Shown here: positions 20,215 through 29,123 of the stretch, in pieces
Layout of the letters: each line of letters starts with the position of its first letter
Numbering within the stretch: the first letter of the stretch is position 1
NCBI GenBank assembly: GCA_050287085.1
Contig: JBNKBE010000016.1
Span: forward strand, 86,541 to 150,540
DNA length: 64,000 bases
DNA from: Polyangiaceae bacterium
Lineage (GTDB): Bacteria; Myxococcota_A; Polyangia; Polyangiales; Polyangiaceae
Reading direction: 5' to 3'
Notes under the pieces: model-generated
The model's database searches: none
What the model was told of the DNA's origin: nothing
The model's input: only the letters and a program-made list of their open reading frames with translations
Translations under genes and position numbers: made by a program

Positions 20215-21147
20215 GTGTCTGATCCGCACGAAGCAAAAGCGCCGTGGGGTGTTGCTCATAAGCAACAGCCCACGTGGGACGACTTGCGGGTCTTCGCCGA
20301 GATTGCCGCGACGGGCTCGATTCGCTCGGCCGCGCGTGGTCTGCAGTTGAATCCCTCGACGGTTTCTCGTCGCCTGGCTGCGTTGGAAGAGGCGCTGAAC
20401 GTCCGCCTGTTCGAACGTCATCCGGAGGGACTCAAGCTTACGGTTGCAGGCCTTGAAGCACAGGGGCTTGCAGCTCAGATGGGCGGGCAGATGCAGGCCT
20501 TCCAGCGCCGTCTTGCGGGCAAAGAGCAGCGGCTGGCGGGCAGCGTTCGCGTGACCACTGCGGAGGCTACAGCATCGCTCGTCAGTGAGGGCTTGGCTCG
20601 TTGTGTTCGACTGCATGGGGAACTGCACATTGAGCTGGTGGTCAGTGATCAGATGGCAGATCTTGACCGCCACGAGTCGGAGGTTGCGTTACGAATGGCC
20701 GATAGCCCTTCGGAGCATCTGGTTGGACGCCGCCTGGGAACCGCCGCGGTCGCCCTTTACGCCGCCCGTAGCTACCTTGAGCGACGTTCCGGCAGTGTCC
20801 CTCTGACCCAACACGATTGGGTTGAGTGGCCCGACTACGTACGCCACAAGAAGGCCTTCCGCTGGCTCGACGAGCACTATCCGCGGCGCCACGTCGTGCT
20901 CAAGGCCAATTCTTCAGGCGCCGTACGCTCGGCCGTGCAGGCAGGGGTCGGGGTCGCTCCGCTAAGCTGCGTACAAGCCGAGGCTGACCCTTGGCTCGTG
21001 CGCCTGCAGCATCTGCCGGAAGACTGCGGAACGCCCGTATGGCTGGTGACGCATCCAGACATGCGTTCTGCCCCCCGCGTTCGCGCCGTGATGGACTGCA
21101 TTGCTGAGCAGCTGCAAGTCCGTCGCGCATGGCTGGAAGGGCGTTGA
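20215..21147 (+). CDS. LysR-family regulator divergent from the SDR
   Basis: WDDLRVF..GSIRSAARGLQLNPSTVSRRLAALEE..LFER; WLVTHPDMRSAPRVRAV. Start uncertain; the ORF-track start 20110 overlaps the SDR. Confidence 0.9.
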   Translation: MSDPHEAKAPWGVAHKQQPTWDDLRVFAEIAATGSIRSAARGLQLNPSTVSRRLAALEEALNVRLFERHPEGLKLTVAGLEAQGLAAQMGGQMQAFQRRLAGKEQRLAGSVRVTTAEATASLVSEGLARCVRLHGELHIELVVSDQMADLDRHESEVALRMADSPSEHLVGRRLGTAAVALYAARSYLERRSGSVPLTQHDWVEWPDYVRHKKAFRWLDEHYPRRHVVLKANSSGAVRSAVQAGVGVAPLSCVQAEADPWLVRLQHLPEDCGTPVWLVTHPDMRSAPRVRAVMDCIAEQLQVRRAWLEGR

Positions 21148-21171
21148 GTGCGCCTTTGGGGCCATGACGCG

Positions 21172-22053
21172 TCAGCGTTCCGCGAGAGCAGCCTCGGCGC
21201 AGCGCGATAGCCAGGCTTCCAGCCGAAGGTCGGCAGCGCCGCGGTCTCGTCGTTCGCGCGCCCGTGCCAGTAGCGCCTGCGCCTTACGCTTCCGCGCCAA
21301 TGCACGTCCGCCCGTCGCTGACCACAACGCTTCTAGCTCAGAATCCGTCAATTCACGGAACGCCCCGATGGCCAACTCGTCGCAACGGAGCGGTCCAACC
21401 TGTTTTCGGTGTAGATGGAGCAGTCGCAGATTGAGCGCGCGACACATCCTTCGAATTTGGCGGTTCTTTCCTTGGTCGAGCACGAGCTCCACCTCGCCAT
21501 AGTGAGGCGATAGTGAGACCACCCGTGCAGCCTTCGCTCCATCGTAACGCTGATCGGTCCGGCAGGTCAGCGCGGCTATTCGCGGGTCGTCATTTGTGAG
21601 TTCCTCATTTAGCCAAAGCCAATAGGTCTTATCGGTATGATGCTCTGGTCGCAGAATAGCGCTCGATAGATCCCCGTCTGTAGTAAACAACAGCAAGCCA
21701 GTGGTGTCGCGATCCAGGCGTCCTACGGGAAACGTACCGTCTGGCATCTGTCGTAGCCAATCTCTGAGGTCACGGCCGCGTCCAGGTTCACATGACGACG
21801 ATGTTGTTGCAGGCGGCTTGTTGAGCATGGCGACGAACTCGCGGGTTCGCGGGGTAACATGCTTGCCATCGAGAAGAACTTGATCCTGCTCGAAGATGAG
21901 GCTGTCCAACTCTGCTCCTTGCTGTGGTGACTGAGCCTCCCATTGGACGCAAACGCGTCCGGCCGCAAAGGCTTCAGCGCTTTCCTCGACGGATAGGGAG
22001 GTACTGTCACTCAGGTATTTGGCAAGACGTCGTGGCAGGTACATGAGAGTCAC
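21172..22053 (-). CDS. RsuA/RluB/E/F-family pseudouridine synthase
   Basis: LNKP, PVGRLDRDTTGLLLFTTDG (catalytic Asp), GKNRQIRRM. Confidence 0.92.
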   Translation of the reverse strand: MTLMYLPRRLAKYLSDSTSLSVEESAEAFAAGRVCVQWEAQSPQQGAELDSLIFEQDQVLLDGKHVTPRTREFVAMLNKPPATTSSSCEPGRGRDLRDWLRQMPDGTFPVGRLDRDTTGLLLFTTDGDLSSAILRPEHHTDKTYWLWLNEELTNDDPRIAALTCRTDQRYDGAKAARVVSLSPHYGEVELVLDQGKNRQIRRMCRALNLRLLHLHRKQVGPLRCDELAIGAFRELTDSELEALWSATGGRALARKRKAQALLARARERRDRGAADLRLEAWLSRCAEAALAER

Positions 22054-24383
22054 TGGATGGGGGCGGGCGCTTCCTGGCGGAGTAGACTTCGCAGGTAGCG
22101 GGCGCCGGCACGTTCGTTGCCCCCGCGCAGGGTGCGCACTTGTTTCAGTACGACGTACCGTGGCATCGCTGTCTCCGCGGGCCAGCCTGCGCCCATGATC
22201 CTAAACTCGAAGTCGAGCATCGGCGGGGGGCTCTCAGTTCGGGGCCAGTGCTGGGCAACGCGCAGAGCGCTATTGGCCAGGGCGCTGAGATCCGCGTCAA
22301 GGAGCACCCGCGTCCCGACCCCAACGGCAGTTGAGAGGCTCCGTCGCTCGATGCCGATCTGAGCCCCTTGACCCTTCACGCGCGATACCTCTGGCCGTGG
22401 ATCCCCGGGTTTAGGCAGTACCACCGAAATGGCGCCTACCTGCGCGTTGACGTTCATGGTGAACTCGCCCGGCTGCGTGCTGTCGAAGGTGAAGACACCG
22501 TTGGCTAGTTCCAGTGAGTCATCGAAGCGGGGGTGTACCAGCACCGCCATGGCACCGGCAAAGGGCTCGAGACCGAAGTGCATGCGTTCTTCAACGGCTG
22601 GCACGGAGAAGAACGAGGCCCAGGTCTTGAGCAACGCCCATTCCAAAGACTTTTTTTCGTGTGTGTCACGATCGGGATAGCCAGTCTCGGAGGAGTACAA
22701 CCCGGCCCCGTTGAAGCCGTCCACGTCCTCAACGGTGCTCGAGGAGCGGAAGCGCAGCCCCACGCCTGCGTCCAGCAGTGCGAAATGCGCCCGCACGGAA
22801 GCCAGCACCTTGGCACGCAAGGCATCGGTGAGCGGAGTGGTGCGCAACACCCGACGCAGTCCGCCGAGTTGGCCCCAACGGCAGAAGGCGTGGCTCGTGG
22901 GTGCGTTGCGGCATGCCGGAGGGGGCAGTCGCCCAGGCGCTGCGGCAGACGCATTGGCGCCCTCCAGAGCCCAAACCCGCGCGCCGTGTTCGGAACGAAA
23001 TAGCGGATCGCGCGACAGTGCTTCAAGCTCACTTTTCAGGGGGCGAATATGTTCGACGAAAGCCCGGGCGGCGATCGCCAGCGGTCGGTAGGGCGTCGTG
23101 ACTGCGGGGACTGGCGCCTGGGGCGCTGCAAGTGCGGAGAGCAGGGTTGCCATCCCGGCGGCTTTGCCGCCCATCAGGCGTGGGTCGCTTCGCCCGTGTA
23201 CCCATCGCAGATCGATGACGTAGGGACCGCTTGAGACGACACCGGGTGCGGATAGCGCGCTCTGTGGAGCTCGCTGGGCCTCGTAGCGCGTTAGCTCCGC
23301 CTCGGTGATAGGCACGACTCGCGCTTCGTCCAGCTCACATTGGAGTAGCACGGGTGCGCCCCGGGCCGCCAACTGGCGCAGCACCGGATCACGGTCTGCA
23401 CCGCCGCGGTAGCAGTCCGGCAGTCCACGGTTGCGGGCGAGCAGTGCCAGGTGGGAGAGCGCGACTTGGGGCGAGCCCGTCAAGATACCTCGCACGTCTG
23501 GCAGCACGGAGGGGACGCGTGCTGAAAGCACGACGGCTGTCGGAGGCGCGTCGGCAGCAGTTTGCGTCGCGTCGGCGAGAAAGAGGTGCCCGGCGACGAT
23601 GCCCTCGCTGTAAACCTCCGTGCGGTTGAGGGTGCCCAGCGCGGCATAGTTGATCCAAGTGGGACGGCCCCTGGGCGTGGCCAGGGCGCGTGCTGCGTCT
23701 TCCTGCGCAGCCGTTTGAGCTACGAAAAGCAGGTGTTCTGCGATTTCAGGGGGCAGTGCGGCGGTCAGTGCTGCGAAGAAGACGGCTAGCTCCTGTGTGG
23801 TGACGGCGTCCGTTTCGTCGACCATGAAGCCCCAGAGCGGCTCCTGGCGGCGGCCGCGAGCGGGGAGGTGGATGAGAGTGCCCGGCCCCAGCTGGCGGGG
23901 CTTCTGATTCATACCGAGTTCATAGAATATTGGAGCTGCAACGCGACCTTCGATAAGCTGAATGCCGCTGGGCAGGGCGCTCGCATGGGTGAGGGCCCAT
24001 GTGCGAAACTCGCCTGGATGGGCCCATCGTCCCCTTTGCATTTGCATGTCTATTCCGGCCACGGGGGCCCCATTGAGCAAACGAAACCAGAACCATTCGT
24101 CGTGGTAGTTGTAGTGGGTACCATCGAGGAAGCGGACGGACCGCTCAGAGGCGCTGGGGAACTGGGTTACAACGAACTTGACGCCAGCCAGTCCGTCTTC
24201 GACGTAGTGTGGTACCATCGCCAGGCGATCGAATAGAGCGACGGAGTTGATGCTCGCTACCGTGAAGTCCTGAAACTGACTCGAGGCTGACGGAGGTGGG
24301 ACCTTGGGGGACTCGCACCCTGAGCACCCGGGCGCGGACGACCACAACCCGAGCACCACGACAGCACCCCAACGCAGATTCAC
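22050..24383 (-). CDS. Putative lipoprotein dikinase: phospho-His domain followed by PPDK_N nucleotide-binding domain
   Basis: GILTGSPQVALSHLALLARNRGLP (His swivel-like), GGKAAGM, RFRSSSTVEDVDGFNGAGLY, MAVLV, DFEF..KQVR. Likely GTG start at 24383 with a Cys-containing signal; the ORF extends to 24482. Confidence 0.75.
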   Translation of the reverse strand: MNLRWGAVVVLGLWSSAPGCSGCESPKVPPPSASSQFQDFTVASINSVALFDRLAMVPHYVEDGLAGVKFVVTQFPSASERSVRFLDGTHYNYHDEWFWFRLLNGAPVAGIDMQMQRGRWAHPGEFRTWALTHASALPSGIQLIEGRVAAPIFYELGMNQKPRQLGPGTLIHLPARGRRQEPLWGFMVDETDAVTTQELAVFFAALTAALPPEIAEHLLFVAQTAAQEDAARALATPRGRPTWINYAALGTLNRTEVYSEGIVAGHLFLADATQTAADAPPTAVVLSARVPSVLPDVRGILTGSPQVALSHLALLARNRGLPDCYRGGADRDPVLRQLAARGAPVLLQCELDEARVVPITEAELTRYEAQRAPQSALSAPGVVSSGPYVIDLRWVHGRSDPRLMGGKAAGMATLLSALAAPQAPVPAVTTPYRPLAIAARAFVEHIRPLKSELEALSRDPLFRSEHGARVWALEGANASAAAPGRLPPPACRNAPTSHAFCRWGQLGGLRRVLRTTPLTDALRAKVLASVRAHFALLDAGVGLRFRSSSTVEDVDGFNGAGLYSSETGYPDRDTHEKKSLEWALLKTWASFFSVPAVEERMHFGLEPFAGAMAVLVHPRFDDSLELANGVFTFDSTQPGEFTMNVNAQVGAISVVLPKPGDPRPEVSRVKGQGAQIGIERRSLSTAVGVGTRVLLDADLSALANSALRVAQHWPRTESPPPMLDFEFRIMGAGWPAETAMPRYVVLKQVRTLRGGNERAGARYLRSLLRQEAPAPIQ

Positions 24384-24668
24384 ACGCCGCGCTAATCCGG
24401 TTAATGTTGGACGTCGTTGCGTTTGGTCGCACCCGTTGGAGGTCCCCCGCCACCCATCTCGGCGATATCCACGTGCCCACATGGGACCATTGTGCCGAGG
24501 TCAGGGGTTCCCCGCAACGCAGGCGCTTCGGAAACGCCCTGACCAGGGCGGGATCGTGGGAGGACGGACCTGGGAACAACGCAATGACGACACTTGCGTC
24601 GGTCAGCTCGCCTGGGAGCGCAGTCGGATCGGTTGCTCCGGCTCTCTGGATTTGTTCTTCTCGGCCCA

Positions 24669-27533
24669 ATGACATACGCCGTATTGCGCAGCGCCGAGGC
24701 ACTGGTTCGCCATCTCGAAGCTGGACATCCCCTGGCTGGCTGTATTCTTCAGGGCCTGAATCTGACGGTGATAGCACCTACGTTGTTGGCTCGGGACGTA
24801 AGAGAGGCGGTCTTTCTAGGCTGTACGTTGACGGCTGAGCAACAAGCCCAGCTCACCGGTCGTGGGGCTCTCGTGTTTCCGGACTTGCGCAAAGGGCGCC
24901 CCTACAATCCCGCACGCGCCGATCTGTACACCTACGACGAGTTGATGCACGGGTTTTCGGCGAAGCATCCGGGTAGCGTGTTGGATACGTTGGATGCGCA
25001 CATCCATGCCCACTTCCAGCGGCATCGACGCTATGGGTCCCATCCCATCATTGAGACGTTGGCTCAGCGCCTACACGATCATGCGATCGATGAAGCCCTC
25101 GCTCGGCTCTTGGCACGACCTGAGGCTCAGCGGGTAGTGGGGGTAATGGGGGGCCACTCGCTGCTTCGCGGTAGTGCTCTGTACCAGCAGGTCGCACGAC
25201 TCGGGTATCAACTTGCGCGCTCTGGGTATCTCGTCGCAACGGGTGGAGGCCCCGGCGCCATGGAGGCCGCGAACCTGGGGGCTTGGATGTCATGTTATGA
25301 CGAAGTTGCGCTCGATACGGCCTTGGGGATTCTTGCGCGGGCAACGGACTACCATACCCATGACTACGTTGTTTGGGCTCTTTCCGCGCGCGCCGCGTTC
25401 CCAGAGGGAGCGCCTAGTCTCGCGATCCCTACCTGGTTCTACGGTCATGAGCCGAGCAATCCGTTTGCGTCGTACATAGCCAAGTATTTTTCCAACAGCC
25501 TGCGAGAGGACGGCTTGCTCGCGATAGCAAAACACGGCGTCGTCTACACGCCCGGCAGCGCTGGTACCATCCAGGAGGTGTTCATGGATGCCACGCAGAA
25601 CCACTACGGTACCTTTGACGTGGTAAGTCCGATGGTCTTCTTTGATGAGACCGAATGGAGTCGCTATCCCGTGTTGGAGCTATTGCAGAAGCTCGCCGGC
25701 GATCGCGCGTATGCTCGGACGATCTACCAGACGAGCCGCGTGGCGGAGGCGGTTGATTTCATTCGGTCTCACCCTCCCGAGCACTTCGACCCGAGTGAGT
25801 TCCTCGGTATCGTGCACGCCAGCGATCACGGCCCGGTCTACGCTGACGCTCTGAATGCTGTGCGCCGGCTCGAACCGACGGAGTCTGCAGCGGTGCCCCC
25901 GTTAGGAAGCTACGTCGTGGCACGCCCCTCGCCTAGCAATGTCTCGTCGGCGGAGCTGGTGCGGGTTCTTGCTCGCAGCGACTCTGGCCTCGCGGATCTG
26001 TATGAGTTGCTGGCTGCCAACGGACATACGCCCTGCTTCTCTACGGCAGTACGGAGGGAGGTCGAGGGCTGGCTCGCTAAGCCCGATATCGACGCGCCAG
26101 ACCTTCTGGACCTCGAGGCGCTCGCTTTTGTTACCGTGGATGGCGAGTCTAGCAAAGATCTAGATCAAGCCTTGTATTTGCGGAAGCGGGAGGGCGGCGG
26201 ACTGACTGTCTACTACGCGCTCGCTGACGCCAGTCACTACGTGCGTCCGGGGTCGGCACTGTTTGCAGAAGCGATGCACCGAGCCGCCAGCTACTACCTC
26301 CCGAGCGTCATGGTGCCGATGTTGCCAAGAGAGTTGTCTGAGGGGCTCGTGTCGTTGAACCCAGAGGTATCACGCCGCGCGGTCGTCTTCGAGATGCAAT
26401 TGGACGACATGGCGGAGGTTGTGAGCTCGCGCGTCCTGCGAGCACGCGTCCGCAGTCGTGCCAAATTGAGCTTCTCAGGCGTACAGGCCTACTACGATGA
26501 ACCGGACTCAAGCGATATTGTCGATCCGGCCATCAGGTGTAGCCTTGACTTGCTTAGGACTTTTGGTGAGCTCCGTCTGCGACGTTCCGGAGAACGCGAT
26601 ATCGTGCGCTATCGGCGCGTTGAGCTGCAAGTAGAGCTGCCGAATCGCAGTTGTCGCGGGTTCTTGGTAAACGAGGCGATCCGTCACCCGGTTGAGCGAT
26701 ACAATGAGCAGCTTTCGCTGCTATGCAACGAACAAGGTGCCACGCTGCTGCAGCGTGCGAGCCAGGATCCGCACGTAGAACCCATTTTTCGTGTGCACCC
26801 AGAGCCAGAGGCAAAAAGCTTCGAGGCATTTCGCTCGCTAACTGAGGCAGTGGCTGACGCGCACGGTTTGGATGCTCGCTGGCGCTGGCGCCGTGAACAG
26901 ACATTGGCCGACTACCTCGCAGCGCTTCCGGAGGAACCGCGCTCAGTGGCGCAGGCTCTACACCGTCAGGCAGTGATGGTGAACGTGGGTTCGGTCTTTC
27001 AGCAGGCACCCGGGGGCCACTACGGCGTCGGGGCGGACGTCTACGCGCGCTTCAGTGCTCCGATGCGTGAGATCGTCGGTGTGTATCTGCATCGGGAACT
27101 CGTCGAAGCGGTTACGGGGCAGACCCGCGCTGACGCGGAGCTTCGAGCCGAGGTGATCGAGCGCGCCAACGCAGCAAGACAACTACAGAGGCGGCTTACC
27201 AACGGTTCAAACCTTCTGGTACTAGATCAGATATTTCGAGGGGCACAGGTTGAGGATCGTACACTTTGCGCAACGATCGTGGGGCTGACAGAAAGCAAAG
27301 CCTATGTCACATTGTCTCCTCAGCCCGTGGACGCTAAGGTGCACCTGCGTGATCACAATCGCTCGGCCGGTGATACTTTGCGTTTGACTAGCGACCGTTG
27401 CGGGCTTGTTGATGAGGCCGGAACCCTTCGGTTTCGTTTGGGGGATGAGGTAGGTATTCGAGTCGTGGAACACGAATCCGCCAGCCACCACTGGCTGCTC
27501 GTGTTGCTGCCTGGTCCCCTTCATACGCAATAG
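24669..27533 (+). CDS. Fusion of LOG-family (SLOG) nucleotide hydrolase-like domain and RNB (RNase II/R) domain
   Basis: N-half: GVMGGH, TGGGPGAMEAANLGA, PTWFYGHEP, KYFSNSLREDGLL, PGSAGTIQE. C-half: FVTVDGESSKDLDQA, YALAD, YLPSVMVPMLPRELSEGLVSL, IFRVHPEP, YARFSAPMRE. Confidence 0.85.
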   Translation: MTYAVLRSAEALVRHLEAGHPLAGCILQGLNLTVIAPTLLARDVREAVFLGCTLTAEQQAQLTGRGALVFPDLRKGRPYNPARADLYTYDELMHGFSAKHPGSVLDTLDAHIHAHFQRHRRYGSHPIIETLAQRLHDHAIDEALARLLARPEAQRVVGVMGGHSLLRGSALYQQVARLGYQLARSGYLVATGGGPGAMEAANLGAWMSCYDEVALDTALGILARATDYHTHDYVVWALSARAAFPEGAPSLAIPTWFYGHEPSNPFASYIAKYFSNSLREDGLLAIAKHGVVYTPGSAGTIQEVFMDATQNHYGTFDVVSPMVFFDETEWSRYPVLELLQKLAGDRAYARTIYQTSRVAEAVDFIRSHPPEHFDPSEFLGIVHASDHGPVYADALNAVRRLEPTESAAVPPLGSYVVARPSPSNVSSAELVRVLARSDSGLADLYELLAANGHTPCFSTAVRREVEGWLAKPDIDAPDLLDLEALAFVTVDGESSKDLDQALYLRKREGGGLTVYYALADASHYVRPGSALFAEAMHRAASYYLPSVMVPMLPRELSEGLVSLNPEVSRRAVVFEMQLDDMAEVVSSRVLRARVRSRAKLSFSGVQAYYDEPDSSDIVDPAIRCSLDLLRTFGELRLRRSGERDIVRYRRVELQVELPNRSCRGFLVNEAIRHPVERYNEQLSLLCNEQGATLLQRASQDPHVEPIFRVHPEPEAKSFEAFRSLTEAVADAHGLDARWRWRREQTLADYLAALPEEPRSVAQALHRQAVMVNVGSVFQQAPGGHYGVGADVYARFSAPMREIVGVYLHRELVEAVTGQTRADAELRAEVIERANAARQLQRRLTNGSNLLVLDQIFRGAQVEDRTLCATIVGLTESKAYVTLSPQPVDAKVHLRDHNRSAGDTLRLTSDRCGLVDEAGTLRFRLGDEVGIRVVEHESASHHWLLVLLPGPLHTQ

Positions 27534-27799
27534 GTTGCCTGTCGACACAACATGAGGGGTCGTGTTCAGCGCTGCGGCGCATGGCCATCGCGCTGAATGC
27601 CCTGCGACTGTAGGAGAGAGTGCGACCACCCAGTTTGCGTCTAGGGGCTAGTCCCGTAGCACCATTCGCTGTGGGTCGCGCGGAGCGTATTTCGTTAAGT
27701 GCACGGTTTGCGAGTTTGTAGAGTGACATTGACTCCCAACTCGTAGACACTCCGCGTCGCCCGCTTCGGCGCGGCACTCATTATCACCACGGGAGGGAT

Positions 27800-29098
27800 A
27801 TGGAACCAGGAGCTCTAGAGGGCGGCTCCCGCCCCATTGGCACGTTGGATTTCCGCAAGCTCGTCCATCGAGAAATCGCGGATCTGGAAACGCTCCGAGC
27901 GCAGTTGCAGCTCGCCATTCAGCTTGAGATGTCGACGGTGCCAGCTTATCTAGTGGCACTTTACTCGATTGTGGACAAGAGCAGTGAGGCGTACCAGCTC
28001 ACCCGCAGCGTCGTAGTCGAGGAAATGCTGCATGTGAATGTGGCGGCTAACTTGTTGGTCGCCATTGGAGGGGTACCGTATTTCACGGGACCCTATAGCC
28101 CGAGCTACCCGACGTATCTCCCAGGGGCCAATCCGCAGCGCACGCCCTACATCGCTTTGCTGCCCGCATCGACTGCGCTCTATTCCGATGTGTTCATGGC
28201 GATTGAACGACCGGCGCCGTTCAAAGCGCCCGCACAAGGGGCTCGCTACGATTCGATCGCGCAGTTCTACAAGGCGATCGACGAAGGATTGGAGAACGTG
28301 GTCGAACGATACGGCCCCGCTGAGGTGTTCAAATCGCAGCCTGGCTATTGTCAGCGGACGGACTTCTACATCGGCAAGGGCGGCGGGCGGCCATTTCTGG
28401 TTCGCGATCTGAAGACAGCAAAGCTTGCCATCCTGGAGATCGTGCAACAAGGGGAAGGCGCGGTATCTATTGATGAGCCGCTGCAACCCGAGCAACACTG
28501 GGGAACCTACAACGCCTATGGGCAGCGGATCGACGGCACCTACGGACCGATACTCGGCAAACCGCGGGAGTTGGCTCACTACTTCAAGTTTCAGCGTATC
28601 GCCCAGGGACTTGCGCCGCTCGGAGCCGTTTATCCCTTGGTTTCCAATCCCGACGCGAGCTCCTACACGAATCCTCAGGCGAAGGAGCTTTCACGGCTAT
28701 TCGATCAAGCTTTTAGCGTGCTGCTAAAGGCGCTCGAACGTTCTTTCCGCGACGCGGACGGGGACGCCTATTTCAAGGTCACGCTGCCATTGATGCACGA
28801 GGCTCTTCCGACCTACGCGGGCGCGCTGATGCAGACGGCCGCGTTGAAAGAGGCCTCCTCTGCGGTAGGACCGAATGCGTTACCGGCCTTTCGCTACGTG
28901 CCTGAAGCCACGCTGAGTGCGCTGCTGGCGGCGACCCGGGCCAAGTCCGGCGTGGTCTCCGAGCCGTCGGCGAAGACCGCCTTCGCCGCCGCGGCATCAG
29001 CAGTCGAGCCTGCTGCTGGAGTCCCTGGCTTCGCATCACTTGTAGAACGGCTGGTTCTTGCCGAAGGCGTGTCGCGCACACACGACCTGTCTCTATAG
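27800..29098 (+). CDS. Ferritin-like (VioB/RebD-type domain) protein
   Basis: LQLAIQLEMSTVPAYLVALYSI, VVEEMLH..ANLLVAIGG, FMAIERP, SIAQFY, IVQQGEG, AHYFKF; SD GGGAGG upstream. Confidence 0.85.
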   Translation: MEPGALEGGSRPIGTLDFRKLVHREIADLETLRAQLQLAIQLEMSTVPAYLVALYSIVDKSSEAYQLTRSVVVEEMLHVNVAANLLVAIGGVPYFTGPYSPSYPTYLPGANPQRTPYIALLPASTALYSDVFMAIERPAPFKAPAQGARYDSIAQFYKAIDEGLENVVERYGPAEVFKSQPGYCQRTDFYIGKGGGRPFLVRDLKTAKLAILEIVQQGEGAVSIDEPLQPEQHWGTYNAYGQRIDGTYGPILGKPRELAHYFKFQRIAQGLAPLGAVYPLVSNPDASSYTNPQAKELSRLFDQAFSVLLKALERSFRDADGDAYFKVTLPLMHEALPTYAGALMQTAALKEASSAVGPNALPAFRYVPEATLSALLAATRAKSGVVSEPSAKTAFAAAASAVEPAAGVPGFASLVERLVLAEGVSRTHDLSL

Positions 29099-29123
29099 AT
29101 CTCTAGCTTGAACGGATGACATC

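Noticed and set aside
21172..27533. Pseudouridine synthase + dikinase + LOG-RNB as a single RNA repair system
   Set aside because: Divergent orientation, a probable export signal on the dikinase and no ligase or other linking gene; adjacency alone is insufficient.
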